19,735 nucleotides of DNA from Octopus sinensis (GCF_006345805.1 NW_021824173.1:1-19735); one strand, 5' to 3'. Shown: positions 1 to 9,038, counted from the first letter of the stretch. A program made the numbers and translations. Notes: generated from the sequence alone by a model not told the origin.

Positions 1-12
1 GGCTCTCTCACT

Positions 13-29
13 CATAATAATAATAATAA

Positions 30-68
<39 letters not shown>

Positions 69-103
69 TATTATTATTATTATTATTATATTATTATTAT
101 TAT
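13..103. repeat. (TAA)n/(ATT)n trinucleotide microsatellite; serves as the 3' tail of the minus-strand SINE at 104-283
   Basis: Direct reading: taataataat then attattatt... to 103. Confidence 0.9.
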
Positions 104-283
104 GGCTTCAAATTTCGTGGGGAGGGAGTAAGTCGATTACACCGATTCTAGTGCTCAACTGGTACTTATTTTATTAATCGCCGAAGGGATGAAAGATAAA
201 ATTTTCCTTGGTGGGATTTGAACTCAGAGTATAAATCCTGTTATTTTCTCCGACCACCTAACGATTCTGCCAGATCGCCGCTT
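104..283 (-). mobile_element. tRNA-headed SINE, family A (octopus-type), near full length, internally shortened
   Basis: Reverse complement reads GCGGCGATCTGGCAGAATCGTTAG...GAGTTCAAATCCC...TTTCATCCCTTCGG...AAAATAAGTACCAGTTGAGCACT...GTAATCGACTTACTCCCTCCCC...AAATTTGAAGCC(ATA)n. The same blocks occur in the copies at 8702 and 18319. Pol III A-box-like TGGCAGAATCG and B-box-like GTTCAAATCC are present. Confidence 0.9.
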
Positions 284-301
284 TAGTACATTTACTGTAA
301 G

Positions 302-430
302 ACCGAGGTTGACATCGCCTTTTTTGCCTTTTGGGGCCAATTAATTAAGTACCAGTGGAACACTGAGGGTCGATGTAATCGACTCATCCCCTCCCCCAAA
401 ACTGCTGCGCTTGTGGCAAAATTTCAAACA

Positions 431-486
<56 letters not shown>
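302..486 (+). mobile_element. 5'-truncated family A SINE with (ATT)n tail
   Basis: CCGAGGTTGAC...AAGTACCAGTGGAACACTGAGGGTCGATGTAATCGACTCATCCCCTCCCCCAAAACTGCTGCGCTTGTGGCAAAATTTCAAAC followed by (ATT)n at 431-486; matches the 3' half of the 18319 copy. Confidence 0.9.
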
Positions 487-487
<1 letters not shown>

Positions 488-699
488 AGAAATCATCTTT
501 GTGATTTTAACATGTGTGTGATTGAGTTACTAGAAATGTTTGTCATATTGGTTTTTTTCTAAACTAATTTAAATTTTATTTTCCTTATTGGGTGTTTTTC
601 TTTTATAAATTTTATAAATTCATTAATTCTTTTTCATTTTCTGTACTTACGTCAAATTTATTATGTTCATTATAAAACGTCCTTATCTGGCCTATTTCT

Positions 700-1096
700 T
701 GTCATATAAATTTACATACATACATGTACGGTGTGTGAATGTGCATATAGTTATGTATGTGTATGTGTGTGTGTGTGTAATTAGATATGTACATCCATAC
801 ATACATAATTTCATCTTAATCCCTGTATGATTCGTAACCGCCATGTTTTAGCTTTAATTGTACTTATATATGTATTTGTGTTTATATACATGCATGTATG
901 TGTGTGCATGGCATATATGTATGCATGTACGTATGTGTGTATGTACATACATATGTATATACATACATACATACATATAATGAGCATGATGGCGAATAAA
1001 AAACACATTATTCACTTCAGTTGTTTGCGAAAAGTACCACACCTCCATTCCAAAATTCTTGGACATTTTGCAATTCATACACACACAAACTCACAC

Positions 1097-1195
<99 letters not shown>

Positions 1196-1845
1196 TAGCA
1201 GCGATTGTTTACACAAGGCCAAACTAATATAAGTTGACGTGCAAACAAAAGAAGCTTAAAGATATTTCATCTTCCCCACCGCCTCTCCCTCCCTCTTCTC
1301 CACCCCTCTCTTCTATCTATCTTTCCCCCTCTCCCCCTCTCAGTCTGTCTCTTTCTATCTCTCTCTCTCTTTTCATCTCCCACACTATTTCATTTCACTC
1401 AAGCTCTACCTCTGTGAGGTAGTAGCGGAAGTGACGTAAAGCACAGATCACGTTAAGACGTACTCCATGTCACCCTCTTTAATTGTCTCTCCCTTTCTCT
1501 CTCACCCTTCTCCCTCTCTTACCACAATAATTTCTCTCTCTGCTTCATTCTCTCTCTCTCTCTCTCTTTCTCTCATCTCCCCCTCTCCCTCTCTCTTTAT
1601 GAATAGATACTCTATCGGCATTATGGCGGCGACATTAGGTCTATGTCACGTGGTCTACTTCTATCCATCAACACATTCCGTGGGATTAATATTTATCTTC
1701 TTATACCAGTTTATCTGTGTTTTTTAGCAGTATGTATGTGTGGCGAGAATAAGCTGTATAATTAGGTTCTCTATACATATACATATATACATACATACAT
1801 ACATACACGTAGTATATATACACATGTACGTATGTACTTGCTATA

Positions 1846-1912
<67 letters not shown>

Positions 1913-2369
1913 ATATAATATATATATATATTTATAATATATATATATTATATAGGTAAGAATATATGTGTGGCATATACCATGCATATACATATTATTT
2001 GTATGTATGTATTATCTGTGGAAAGAATTAGCTGTGAAATTAGGTTGCGTATAAATATATGTGCGTGTGTGTGTCTGCGTGTACATATATACACATGCAT
2101 ATACCTACATATATATGTGTGTGTGTATATATATATATATATATGTGTGTGTTTGTGTGTGTATGTGTGTGTGTATACATACATACTTATATACATACAA
2201 ATATATCCGTATATGTATGAATGTATTAATCTATTTTACATATGTATGTACGTATGCATATATGCGTGTACACAAGAATGTATATTTGTCTGTGTGTGAA
2301 TGTGTCTATATGTAAATCTATATATATGTGTGTGTGTATGTGTGAGTGTGTCCGCACGTGCGCGCGCCT

Positions 2370-2417
<48 letters not shown>

Positions 2418-2425
2418 GCGTGTCT
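700..2425. repeat. Compound microsatellite region: (TATG)n/(ACAT)n, (CT)n, (CA)n, (TA)n, (TG)n, with CT-rich tracts at 1265-1380 and 1480-1595
   Basis: Direct reading; accounts for all ORF-track entries here (IY/HT/VC/SL repeats). Confidence 0.9.
1425..1653 (+). promoter_or_regulatory. Possible promoter-type motif cluster: ETS-CRE composite (GCGGAAGTGACGT 1425-1437), YY1-like ATGGCGGC (1623-1630), E-box GTCACGTGG (1645-1653)
   Basis: Motif matches only, in short CpG-containing unique islands within microsatellite DNA; no transcript evidence. Confidence 0.3.
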
Positions 2426-2527
2426 TTCCCCCGAAGCCAATCAGCTAAAATTGAAGCTCAACAATTCACTTGAATAAATTCATTCGTTGTGTTTTTTACG
2501 CCATTCACCTGTGAAATTCAACAATGT

Positions 2528-2568
2528 CATCATCAGTACCACTATCACCACCACGACCATTATCGCAT

Positions 2569-2616
<48 letters not shown>

Positions 2617-2650
2617 TATCATCCTCATCACGACCATCACTATCGTCATA
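2528..2650. repeat. (CAT)n/(CAC)n trinucleotide microsatellite
   Basis: Direct reading. Confidence 0.9.
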
Positions 2651-2747
2651 AATGACTTAGGAAAGACTGACATCATCATTAAGAGAGATCTGAAAACTTC
2701 AAATGTGTTTATATTATCAATATTTTCTTATTCAAGTTATGAAGTTG

Positions 2748-2787
<40 letters not shown>

Positions 2788-2861
2788 TCAAATTCAGGTT
2801 ATGCACATATGTGTGTGTGTGGGGGGGTGACTGTGTATGTATTTTAATAGGAATCTATCAA

Positions 2862-3022
2862 CTTAAAATTTATGTAGCTACTTAGCATTAATGCAACGAG
2901 TAAATATTATTGTTAGTAATTAATATTAATGTATCTACTTTCTACTTAATATTTATGTAGTTATTTAATATTAATGTAAGGAGGAGCTATTTCTGAAATT
3001 AGTTAATATTAAAGTAGGTAGT
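2862..3022. repeat. Degenerate ~20-bp minisatellite, consensus approximately TTAATATTWATGTAGCTACT
   Basis: Units include ttaaaatttatgtagctactt, ttaatattaatgtatctactt, ttaatatttatgtagttatt, taatattaatgtaagg and ttaatattaaagtaggtagt. Confidence 0.6.
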
Positions 3023-3025
3023 GTC

Positions 3026-3259
3026 AGGCGGCGAGCTGGGCGAAACGTTAGCACGCTGGGCGAAATTCTTTGTGGTATTTCGTCCGCCGCTGCGTTCTGA
3101 ATTCAAATTCCATCGAGGTCGACTTTGCCTTTTCATCCTTTCGGGCTCAATTAAATAAGTACCAGTTACGAACTAGTGTCTATATAATCAACTTAATCCG
3201 TTTGTCTGTCCTTGTTTCTCCTCTCTGTGTGTAGGCCCTTGTGGATAGTAAAGAAATAA
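3026..3259 (+). mobile_element. Family A SINE head and core with an alternative 3' end (subfamily variant)
   Basis: AGGCGGCGAGCTGGGCGAAACGTTAGCACGCTGGGCGAAA...GTTCTGAATTCAAATTCC...GAGGTCGACTTTGCC...AAATAAGTACCAGTT. It then continues TTAATCCGTTTGTCTGTCCTTG...GTAAAGAAATAAG instead of the CCCCTCCCCCAAAA end seen in other copies. Confidence 0.85.
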
Positions 3260-3400
3260 GTATTTTGTCTGTCTTTATGTTCTGAGCTCAAATTCTGCCG
3301 AGATTGACTTTGCCTTTCATATTTTCAAGGGCCGATAAAATAAGTACCAGCTAATCACTGGGGTCCACTTAATCGACCTACCCCTCCCTCGAAATTGCTA
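3260..3400 (+). mobile_element. Second, headless family A SINE unit fused directly to the preceding copy
   Basis: TATTTTGTCTGTCTTTATGTTCTGAGCTCAAATTCTGCCGAGATTGACTTTGCCTTTCAT...GATAAAATAAGTACCAG...CACTGGGGTC...AATCGACCTACCCCTCCCTCGAAATTGCT. Confidence 0.85.
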
Positions 3401-3680
3401 ATACTACTGTTGTCTCTTAACTATTGAATATTGTTAAAAGGAATGCAGATGGGGAATATTGATACATCCAGTTAATATCGTACCCAGTTAATATTGATAC
3501 AATTCATATTTATCGAGTTAAAATGAATGTCTGAGCCTCGTAATTGCACTTTATGAAGTTAAAACTGTTTAGTTAAAACTAATATATAGAATTAACACAT
3601 TTGTATAGAGTTAGTAGAAACCTGTGGTTCATATATGCGTATTCATATATCTATATAATCCTCTCTCTCTCACTCTGTTT

Positions 3681-3702
3681 CCCTAACCCTAACCCTAACC
3701 CT
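3681..3702. repeat. Short interstitial telomere-type repeat (CCCTAA)3CCCT
   Basis: ccctaaccctaaccctaaccct read directly; equals TTAGGG on the minus strand. Confidence 0.8.
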
Positions 3703-3865
3703 CGGTGATATTCAATGGCGGTTATAGTTCTCCTTGTTGGTAAATATTTGCATACTGCAGCCTAAATAGATTATTTGCATACATATTAGCGATCCGCTAA
3801 GCCATCCTTAGACTTCTATGGCGTAGACATATATGCTGAGAGTGATCGTTGTCCGGCACCAGCCC

Positions 3866-3950
3866 CGAAATTCGAACCATGAACGTTAAGACAGACGAAA
3901 TGGTGCTAAGCATTTTGCCTGGCGTGCTAACGATTCCGCCAACTCGACTT
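3866..3950 (-). mobile_element. Family A SINE 5' head only (3'-truncated)
   Basis: Reverse complement: AAGTCGAGTTGGCGGAATCGTTAGCACGCCAGGCAAAATGCTTAGCACCATTTCGTCTGTCTTAACGTTCATGGTTCGAATTTC. Confidence 0.85.
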
Positions 3951-3999
3951 GAACTTCTTATGTTAGCTCTGCCTGTCTCTCTGTCTCCCTATCTCAGTT

Positions 4000-4066
<67 letters not shown>

Positions 4067-4434
4067 ACCTACTTTCTGTAAACGATATAAAGCCTGACTG
4101 ACGAAATTAACCAACCAACCAACCCACCAATATTTATGTCGACTATTATATGTTACCACTGTTTCACTGTACAGACTCTCAGATGTTGTTATACTCCGCT
4201 TGTCGCAAATCGAACGATGCCTTCCCAATGCTTAAACAGAGATGCAACCATTCCCCCGAAAAGGGACATCAGTCCATTGCAGGGTAACCCGTTTACAGTT
4301 ATTGTGTATATACAGATGTGTGTGTGTGTGCGTGTGTGTGTATGTGTGTGTGTTGTGTATGTGTGCGAGTGTGTATGTGTGTGCATACATATGTTATACA
4401 CATATACATATATATACATATTTATGTGCATATA

Positions 4435-4490
4435 TGCCCCAGCATGGCCACAGCTCGTGAGCTGAAACTAGATAAAATAAAAATAAAAAA
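4435..4490 (+). mobile_element. Isolated 3' end of a family B SINE (or its partner LINE) with terminal stem-loop and A-rich tail
   Basis: TGCCCCAGCATGGCCACAGCTCGTGAGCTGAAACTAGATAAAATAAAAATAAAAAA resembles the 3' end of the 5735-6134 element (GCTCCAGCATGGCCCCAGCCAAACGACTGACACAAATAAAACAA). Hairpin CAGCTC-GT-GAGCTG at 4451-4464. Confidence 0.65.
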
Positions 4491-4708
4491 TGAAATACAT
4501 GCGTGTGTGTGTGTATCTATAATTTTTTTGCGCCTATTTTAAAGAGCTGTTAAGAATAGGATTTAGTGAAGAAGTGCTTCGACTTTATTTCAAAAATATA
4601 AAATAAATTTGAACTTTGATTTAAAGTTTCGCATGACACATGTACTGTATACAAGCAGTTCGATTGATTGAGAGACAGACAAAACATTATATCAGATTAT
4701 GTCGGTGA

Positions 4709-4749
<41 letters not shown>

Positions 4750-4866
4750 TGTATGTGTGTGTGTGTGTGTGTGTGTTTATGCAATATTCGGACTGTTCCA
4801 ATTGTAAGCTTTATATTTTCAACCGGACGTTAAGTGAATTAGAAAGATGAGACAAAAAAATTTATA

Positions 4867-4919
<53 letters not shown>

Positions 4920-4922
4920 CAC

Positions 4923-4959
<37 letters not shown>

Positions 4960-4963
<4 letters not shown>

Positions 4964-5700
4964 ACTAGAAAAAAATGTCTGCCTTCAGACTCCACCAGTG
5001 GAAATTTGATCGAGAAAAATGATATTTTCTGCAAATACAAGGAGATAGAGGGAGAGTGACGGGTGCTTCTGAAAGTCGAAGAATTGTTATGAAATATCTA
5101 GAGAAGAACAAAAGATACATCTAGTTATGAATAATGGTAAACTAATACAGATATAGCTGCAAATATGAAGAAAGAAAGAAATTGTTTTCTATTTTCGAGA
5201 AACTCAGTAAATATATTAAACAGTGGGTGAAATGTGAGACAAAGGAGAGACGGGCGAAAAATGAGAATATTTCAGTTAAAAGGAGACCAAAGAATTGCGG
5301 GTCAGCACAGGGTTTGGGAGTGGGGAATAGATGAAGAAAAACTCTTGGAAGTCATTTTGAAGCACAGGAAAAAAAGCCGAGACGGAAGAACTCTTTTTAT
5401 TGCAGGACATGCCTGAAGTTTTTTTATCCGGAATTACCAAAAATATGTGAAAGAGAAAAACACATGAAATAATCGTAGAATATTTAGGGGTTGGGGAGAA
5501 AGAATCACGTGGTTTTGGAGTTGACAGTGTCGGCCATTGGGGTTCTTCTATGCATTTGTACAGTCAAGCAGATGAGATGCAGAGATACCCAGGATAGAAG
5601 ACGCTTAGAAGGGCTCAAAGGATTCAAACTTAAACTCCGATGTCTTTACAGCGGATCAATTCCACGGGGTAAAGAATGGCTATAAAGGGGTCAAATTGAT
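4960..5700 (+). pseudogene. Possible heavily decayed non-LTR retrotransposon ORF2 C-terminal region
   Basis: Microsatellite-free, purine-rich ~740 bp. Frame-shifted peptides KERRAK / MRIFQLKGDQRIAGQHRVWEWGIDEEKL / ETEELFLLQ / IIVEYLG loosely recall the post-RT 'RLxxHxLxIETGRW...ExEEHFLLxC...YLLG' pattern of LINE ORF2. The match is weak and judged by eye. Confidence 0.3.
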
Positions 5701-5734
5701 ACCTTATATATATATATATATGTATATGTATGTA

Positions 5735-6134
5735 TTGTTTTATTTGTGTCAGTCGTTTGGCTGGGGCCATGCTGGAGCACCGCCTTTTAGTCGAAGAAAT
5801 CGACCCCCAGGACTTATTCTTTGTAAGCCTGGTATTTATTCTGTCAGACTCTTTAGCCGGACCGCTATGTTACGGGGACATAAACACAGCAACATCAGTT
5901 GTCAAGCGATGTGGGGGAAGGACAAACACAAACACACACATAAACATATGTATATACATATATATATATACGACGGGATTCTTTCAGTTTCCGTCTACCA
6001 AATCCACTTATAAGGCTTTGGTCAACCCGAGGCTATAGTAGAAGACACTTGCCCAAGGTGCCACGTAGTAGGACTGAACCCAGAACATTGTGGTTAAGAA
6101 ACAAGCTCCTTACCACACAGCCATGCCTGCGCCT
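5735..6134 (-). mobile_element. Full-length tRNA-headed SINE, family B, with internal (TA)/(TG) microsatellite
   Basis: Reverse complement: AGGCGCAGGCATGGCTGTGTGGTAAGGAGC (A box TGGCTGTGTGG)...GGTTCAGTCC (B box, 6071-6080)...GGCACCTTGGGCAAGTGTCTTCTACTATAGCC...GGTAGACGGAAACTGAAAG, then a microsatellite, then ...GGCGGTGCTCCAGCATGGCC...AAATAAAACAA. Confidence 0.9.
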
Positions 6135-6166
6135 ATGTATGTATACATACATACATACATACATAC

Positions 6167-6197
<31 letters not shown>

Positions 6198-6204
6198 CAT
6201 ACAT
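6135..6204. repeat. (ACAT)n tetranucleotide tract; putative tail of the 6205-6755 element
   Basis: Direct reading. Confidence 0.9.
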
Positions 6205-6755
6205 GGTGGCTGCCCCCTCGTTATCGAGTATGGCCATTGCACGAAGCTTAATCAATGTTGTTATCGTGCAATGCCTGTGCAAGAAAAATTTTTTTTAAAG
6301 TGAGGAAAGGCTGTGCACTGAGTCAATCCCACTCACTAAGCAACATCAGCCATAATCCGAAAAGAAGAACAAGTCAGCATCATCGGTAACCACTGAGCCG
6401 CAGGTTTTATGTCGGAGTACCCCAGTTACCTGAGTTACCTTCTCCTAGAAGGATGCCCTAACAAAGTCTAGGAGTCCTTCACTCCCAATGGTTTAACCGC
6501 TCGATCGGGTATTCAGTCTGATTATTTCTATGTCCCCACGCATGATACAGCCTTAAGACATTTATTGGATGGCCGTTGACTCTCAAGAGTTCCTCCGCCC
6601 TTTGACGGGTTTTGTTTTTCATCCCGCAGGGTGTCCAATAAACACCCTCCTCACCAAGCAGGCTTGGTGGGGTAGCCGGTTTAGTCACCGACGACCCGAC
6701 CATGCAACAGGTTGTACTGGGTTACATGTTACCAGTAGCACTCGAAAGTGAACTG
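6205..6755 (-). mobile_element. Probable non-autonomous RTE-related retroelement (no ORF), flanked on both sides by (ACAT)n
   Basis: GC-richer 551-bp unit bounded by ACAT repeats (6135-6204 and 6756-6769). The minus strand contains GGCATCCTTCTAGGAGAAGGTAACTC, which resembles the CTAGGAGAAGG-AAACTC block I recall from RTE 5' UTRs. It ends GGGGGCAGCCACC(ATGT)n, a microsatellite tail typical of RTE elements. Confidence 0.5.
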
Positions 6756-7069
6756 ACATACATACATACGTTACTTCAACATTTACCAGGACGAAAATAT
6801 TTTGTCAGAAATTAAATTTCATTGTTGAAATGAAACTAACGGTTTTTGTGTATTCTTAAATGGCTTACAAACATCTTCCATGCTGCAATTATTTTTGTTT
6901 CAGCACACGATCTCAGATCAAGTCACTTGCTATGCAAGTACATCTCCGTAACACGTAGACAAGAGTCTTCGCGTCAAGAACCTCTTATCTTTATACGTAT
7001 ACAACATACATACATACATACATACATACATACATACATACATGCATGCATACATGCATACATGCATAC

Positions 7070-7142
<73 letters not shown>

Positions 7143-7190
7143 GACAAGATAGAAAATGTTAAAATGATTTTAACATGAAGAACATTTTAG

Positions 7191-7219
7191 TACCGGTTTC
7201 AGTCATTGCGACTTTTCAA
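7191..7219 (-). ncRNA. Minimal hammerhead-ribozyme-like motif, U3-A8 core variant
   Basis: Minus strand: TTTAAG-[TTGAAAA]-GTC GCAAT GAC T-[GAA]-ACCGGT-A-CTAAAA. Palindromic helix III (ACCGGT), helix I 5/6 paired, helix II 3 bp plus an extra U (one G missing relative to the right arm). Confidence 0.6.
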
Positions 7220-7477
7220 CTTAAAGTAAGGCATGAAAAACAATTAAATTGTGAAAAAATTTGAATTAAATGTTTTTTTTACATATTTCCATAGTTTTCA
7301 AATATTCTTTGAGGTCTGCTACTACCTGCTACGAACCCTTCGCAAGAGTAGAAAAAAAAAGCAGAGAGGGAGATAGACAGAAAAATGTCCCTTGTATTTG
7401 AAAACTATGGAAATATTTTTAAAAACATTTCATTTAATTTTTCCACAATTTTGTTGTTTTTCATGCTTTACTCTAAA

Positions 7478-7507
7478 CTGAAAAGGTCGCAAAGACTGAA
7501 ACCAGTA
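7478..7507 (+). ncRNA. Minimal hammerhead-ribozyme-like motif (degenerate mirror copy)
   Basis: [CTGAAAA]-GGTC GCAAA GACT-[GAA]-ACCAGT-A. The C3/A8 mismatch and the broken helix III palindrome suggest it is inactive. Confidence 0.5.
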
Positions 7508-7594
7508 CTAAAATGTTCGTCACGACAAAAATATTTTAGCATTTTCTACCTTGTCTTATTTTCCTTATACATATCAACTCATGTGTTCCTTTTC

Positions 7595-7640
<46 letters not shown>

Positions 7641-8159
7641 CATACATACATACAACTATATATATATATATACATACATATATAGATTTATAATTGTGTG
7701 TGTGTAATGTATGTATGTATTTACGTAAATGCAACCACACAGAAAGGAGCGAAAAGCTGCCACCAAAGTGAGATCAGTTCACGGCACAACTTCGATCACT
7801 TTCCAATCACGTTCTTCAAATAGAAATACTGGAGCAGTTGAGAAGGAGATAAAATGATCTCTATCTTTTGTAAGGGGCCTAAGTCGCTGTTCGTCCTTAA
7901 AATGATAGAGAAAGGACACACCTGACAATTCAGTCTGCGTCGACCCCAAAATATCAGAGTTTTTCGTGAAGCCAGTCAAGTATATTGTCTAACTTAGAAA
8001 CGAAATCAAAAGTGGCGAGATGGGCGTGTCTGGACTCCTGTTGGTCATAGGTCTGCTGGATCTGGGTTGAATTTGGTTAAACAACAACCATCACTACCCC
8101 CACCACCACCAACAAGCAACGCTAGAGCATCAACCTGGAAAGCCGTGCGATATTTAATC

Positions 8160-8320
8160 TGCTGTTCAAATCTCATCCGGCTCAACTATACTTTTCATCA
8201 TTCTCAGGTTGATACGAAAGTCTAAAGCAGTGAATTGGTCGAACTGCAAGAATGTTGCCCTCGATGCCTTCTGGTAGTTGTTCCGGCTCTTTGAGTTCTG
8301 ACTGCAAATCTCGCAATGGC
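8160..8320 (+). mobile_element. Old, degenerate family A SINE fragments
   Basis: GTTCAAATCTCATCCGGCTCAACTATACTTTTCATCATTCTCAGGTTGATA and AAAGCAGTGAATTGGTCGAA...TTCCGGCTCTTTGAGTTCTGACTGCAAATCTCGC resemble the family A core and head. Confidence 0.45.
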
Positions 8321-8701
8321 TTCTATGAGTGGTACATTTAATCAGTCACCCGGTTCAGCACCAGTGGGCGGCCTTGCGCAACATTAATGGAGACTAACCC
8401 GTTATAAGCGTTCATGACAGGTCTCCGGTTTGCTGATCCTTCATAACTTCTCGCATAATTTTGGAAGTTAGCCCCTTCTTTCTTGAACAAAGAATTAAAA
8501 AATTCATACCTATTACAAAGATTAGCAGATGGAGCCTGATTTCTAAAAAAGAATAGCCAAATCTTGCGGGGTTAACCATATAATGTCTTAAATAATGCAG
8601 CTTCGACGCTCTCAAAAATGAAACACACGGTATGGTACAACAGCATTCATCTTAGCCTTAAACTGTTCAATGCTACACCACAATAATATTACAGCACACC
8701 A

Positions 8702-8945
8702 AAGCCGCAAGCTGGCAGAATCGTTAGCGCGTCGGCCAAAATGCTTAGCGGCATTTCTTCCGAGTTTGCGTTCCGTGTTCAAGTGCCGAAGAGATCGACT
8801 TTGTCTTTCATCTTTTCGGGGTCGATAAAATAAGTACCAGTTGAGCACTGGGGAGAGTGGGAAAGGGGTCGATGTAATCGACTTCCCCCACCCCACATCT
8901 TCCGAAATATTTGGTCTTGAGCCTAAACTTGAAATCAATATTATA
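8702..8945 (+). mobile_element. Full-length family A SINE with a short purine-rich internal insertion
   Basis: AAGCCGCAAGCTGGCAGAATCGTTAGC...AAAATGCTTAGCGGCATTTC...GTTCAAGTGCC...GGGGTCGATAAAATAAGTACCAGTTGAGCACTGG[GGAGAGTGGGAAAGG]GGTCGATGTAATCGAC...AAACTTGAAATCAATATTATA. Confidence 0.9.
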
Positions 8946-9004
8946 CCACATCACATGTCCGACTAATAATTTCATAAGATATCACGTTACACAACCACCA
9001 CCAT

Positions 9005-9038
9005 CACTATGTATGTATTTATATTTATATGTATGTAT

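Larger units (their letters stand above)
7134..7563. mobile_element. Fold-back element flanked by (TA)n: inverted arms 7134-7304 and 7395-7563, 90-bp spacer; probably Penelope-like pLTR-derived
   Basis: The arms align as reverse complements, e.g. GAACATTTTAGTACCGGTTTCAGTCATTGCGAC-TTTTCAACTTAAAGTAAGGCATGAAAAACAA versus the reverse complement of the right arm (7 differences in 65 columns), and ATATTTCCATAGTTTTCAAATA versus TATTTGAAAACTATGGAAATAT. Confidence 0.85.

Noticed and set aside
1406-1425. TGAGGTAGTAG (first 11 nt of let-7) within a CTACCTC-TGT-GAGGTAG mini-hairpin
   Set aside because: The match stops after 11 nt (continues CGGAAGTG rather than GTTGTATAG), and no ~60-70-nt precursor hairpin with a complementary star arm can be formed; treated as coincidence.
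811-2885. Many 60-123-aa ORFs rich in IY/HT/VC/SL/I runs
   Set aside because: Microsatellite translations with no domain-like content; the same applies to similar ORFs at 8911-9912, 10626-12666, 13628-14471 and 17239-18731.
4170-4290. Possible exon (CAG acceptor near 4173/4181, GG|GTAACC donor near 4283)
   Set aside because: Two frames are open, but neither peptide is recognisable, the splice sites are mediocre, and the 3' part looks repeat-like.
6904-6990. Strong-looking acceptor TTATTTTTGTTTCAG at 6889-6903
   Set aside because: No convincing donor and no recognisable peptide downstream.
7779-7988. 66-aa non-repetitive minus-strand ORF (TGFTKNSDILG...) with a possible upstream acceptor
   Set aside because: No recognisable family and no good in-frame donor; cannot be supported as an exon without RNA data.
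8040-8090. Possible LINE 3' end (GGTTAAACAACAACC tail)
   Set aside because: Too short and degenerate to assign.
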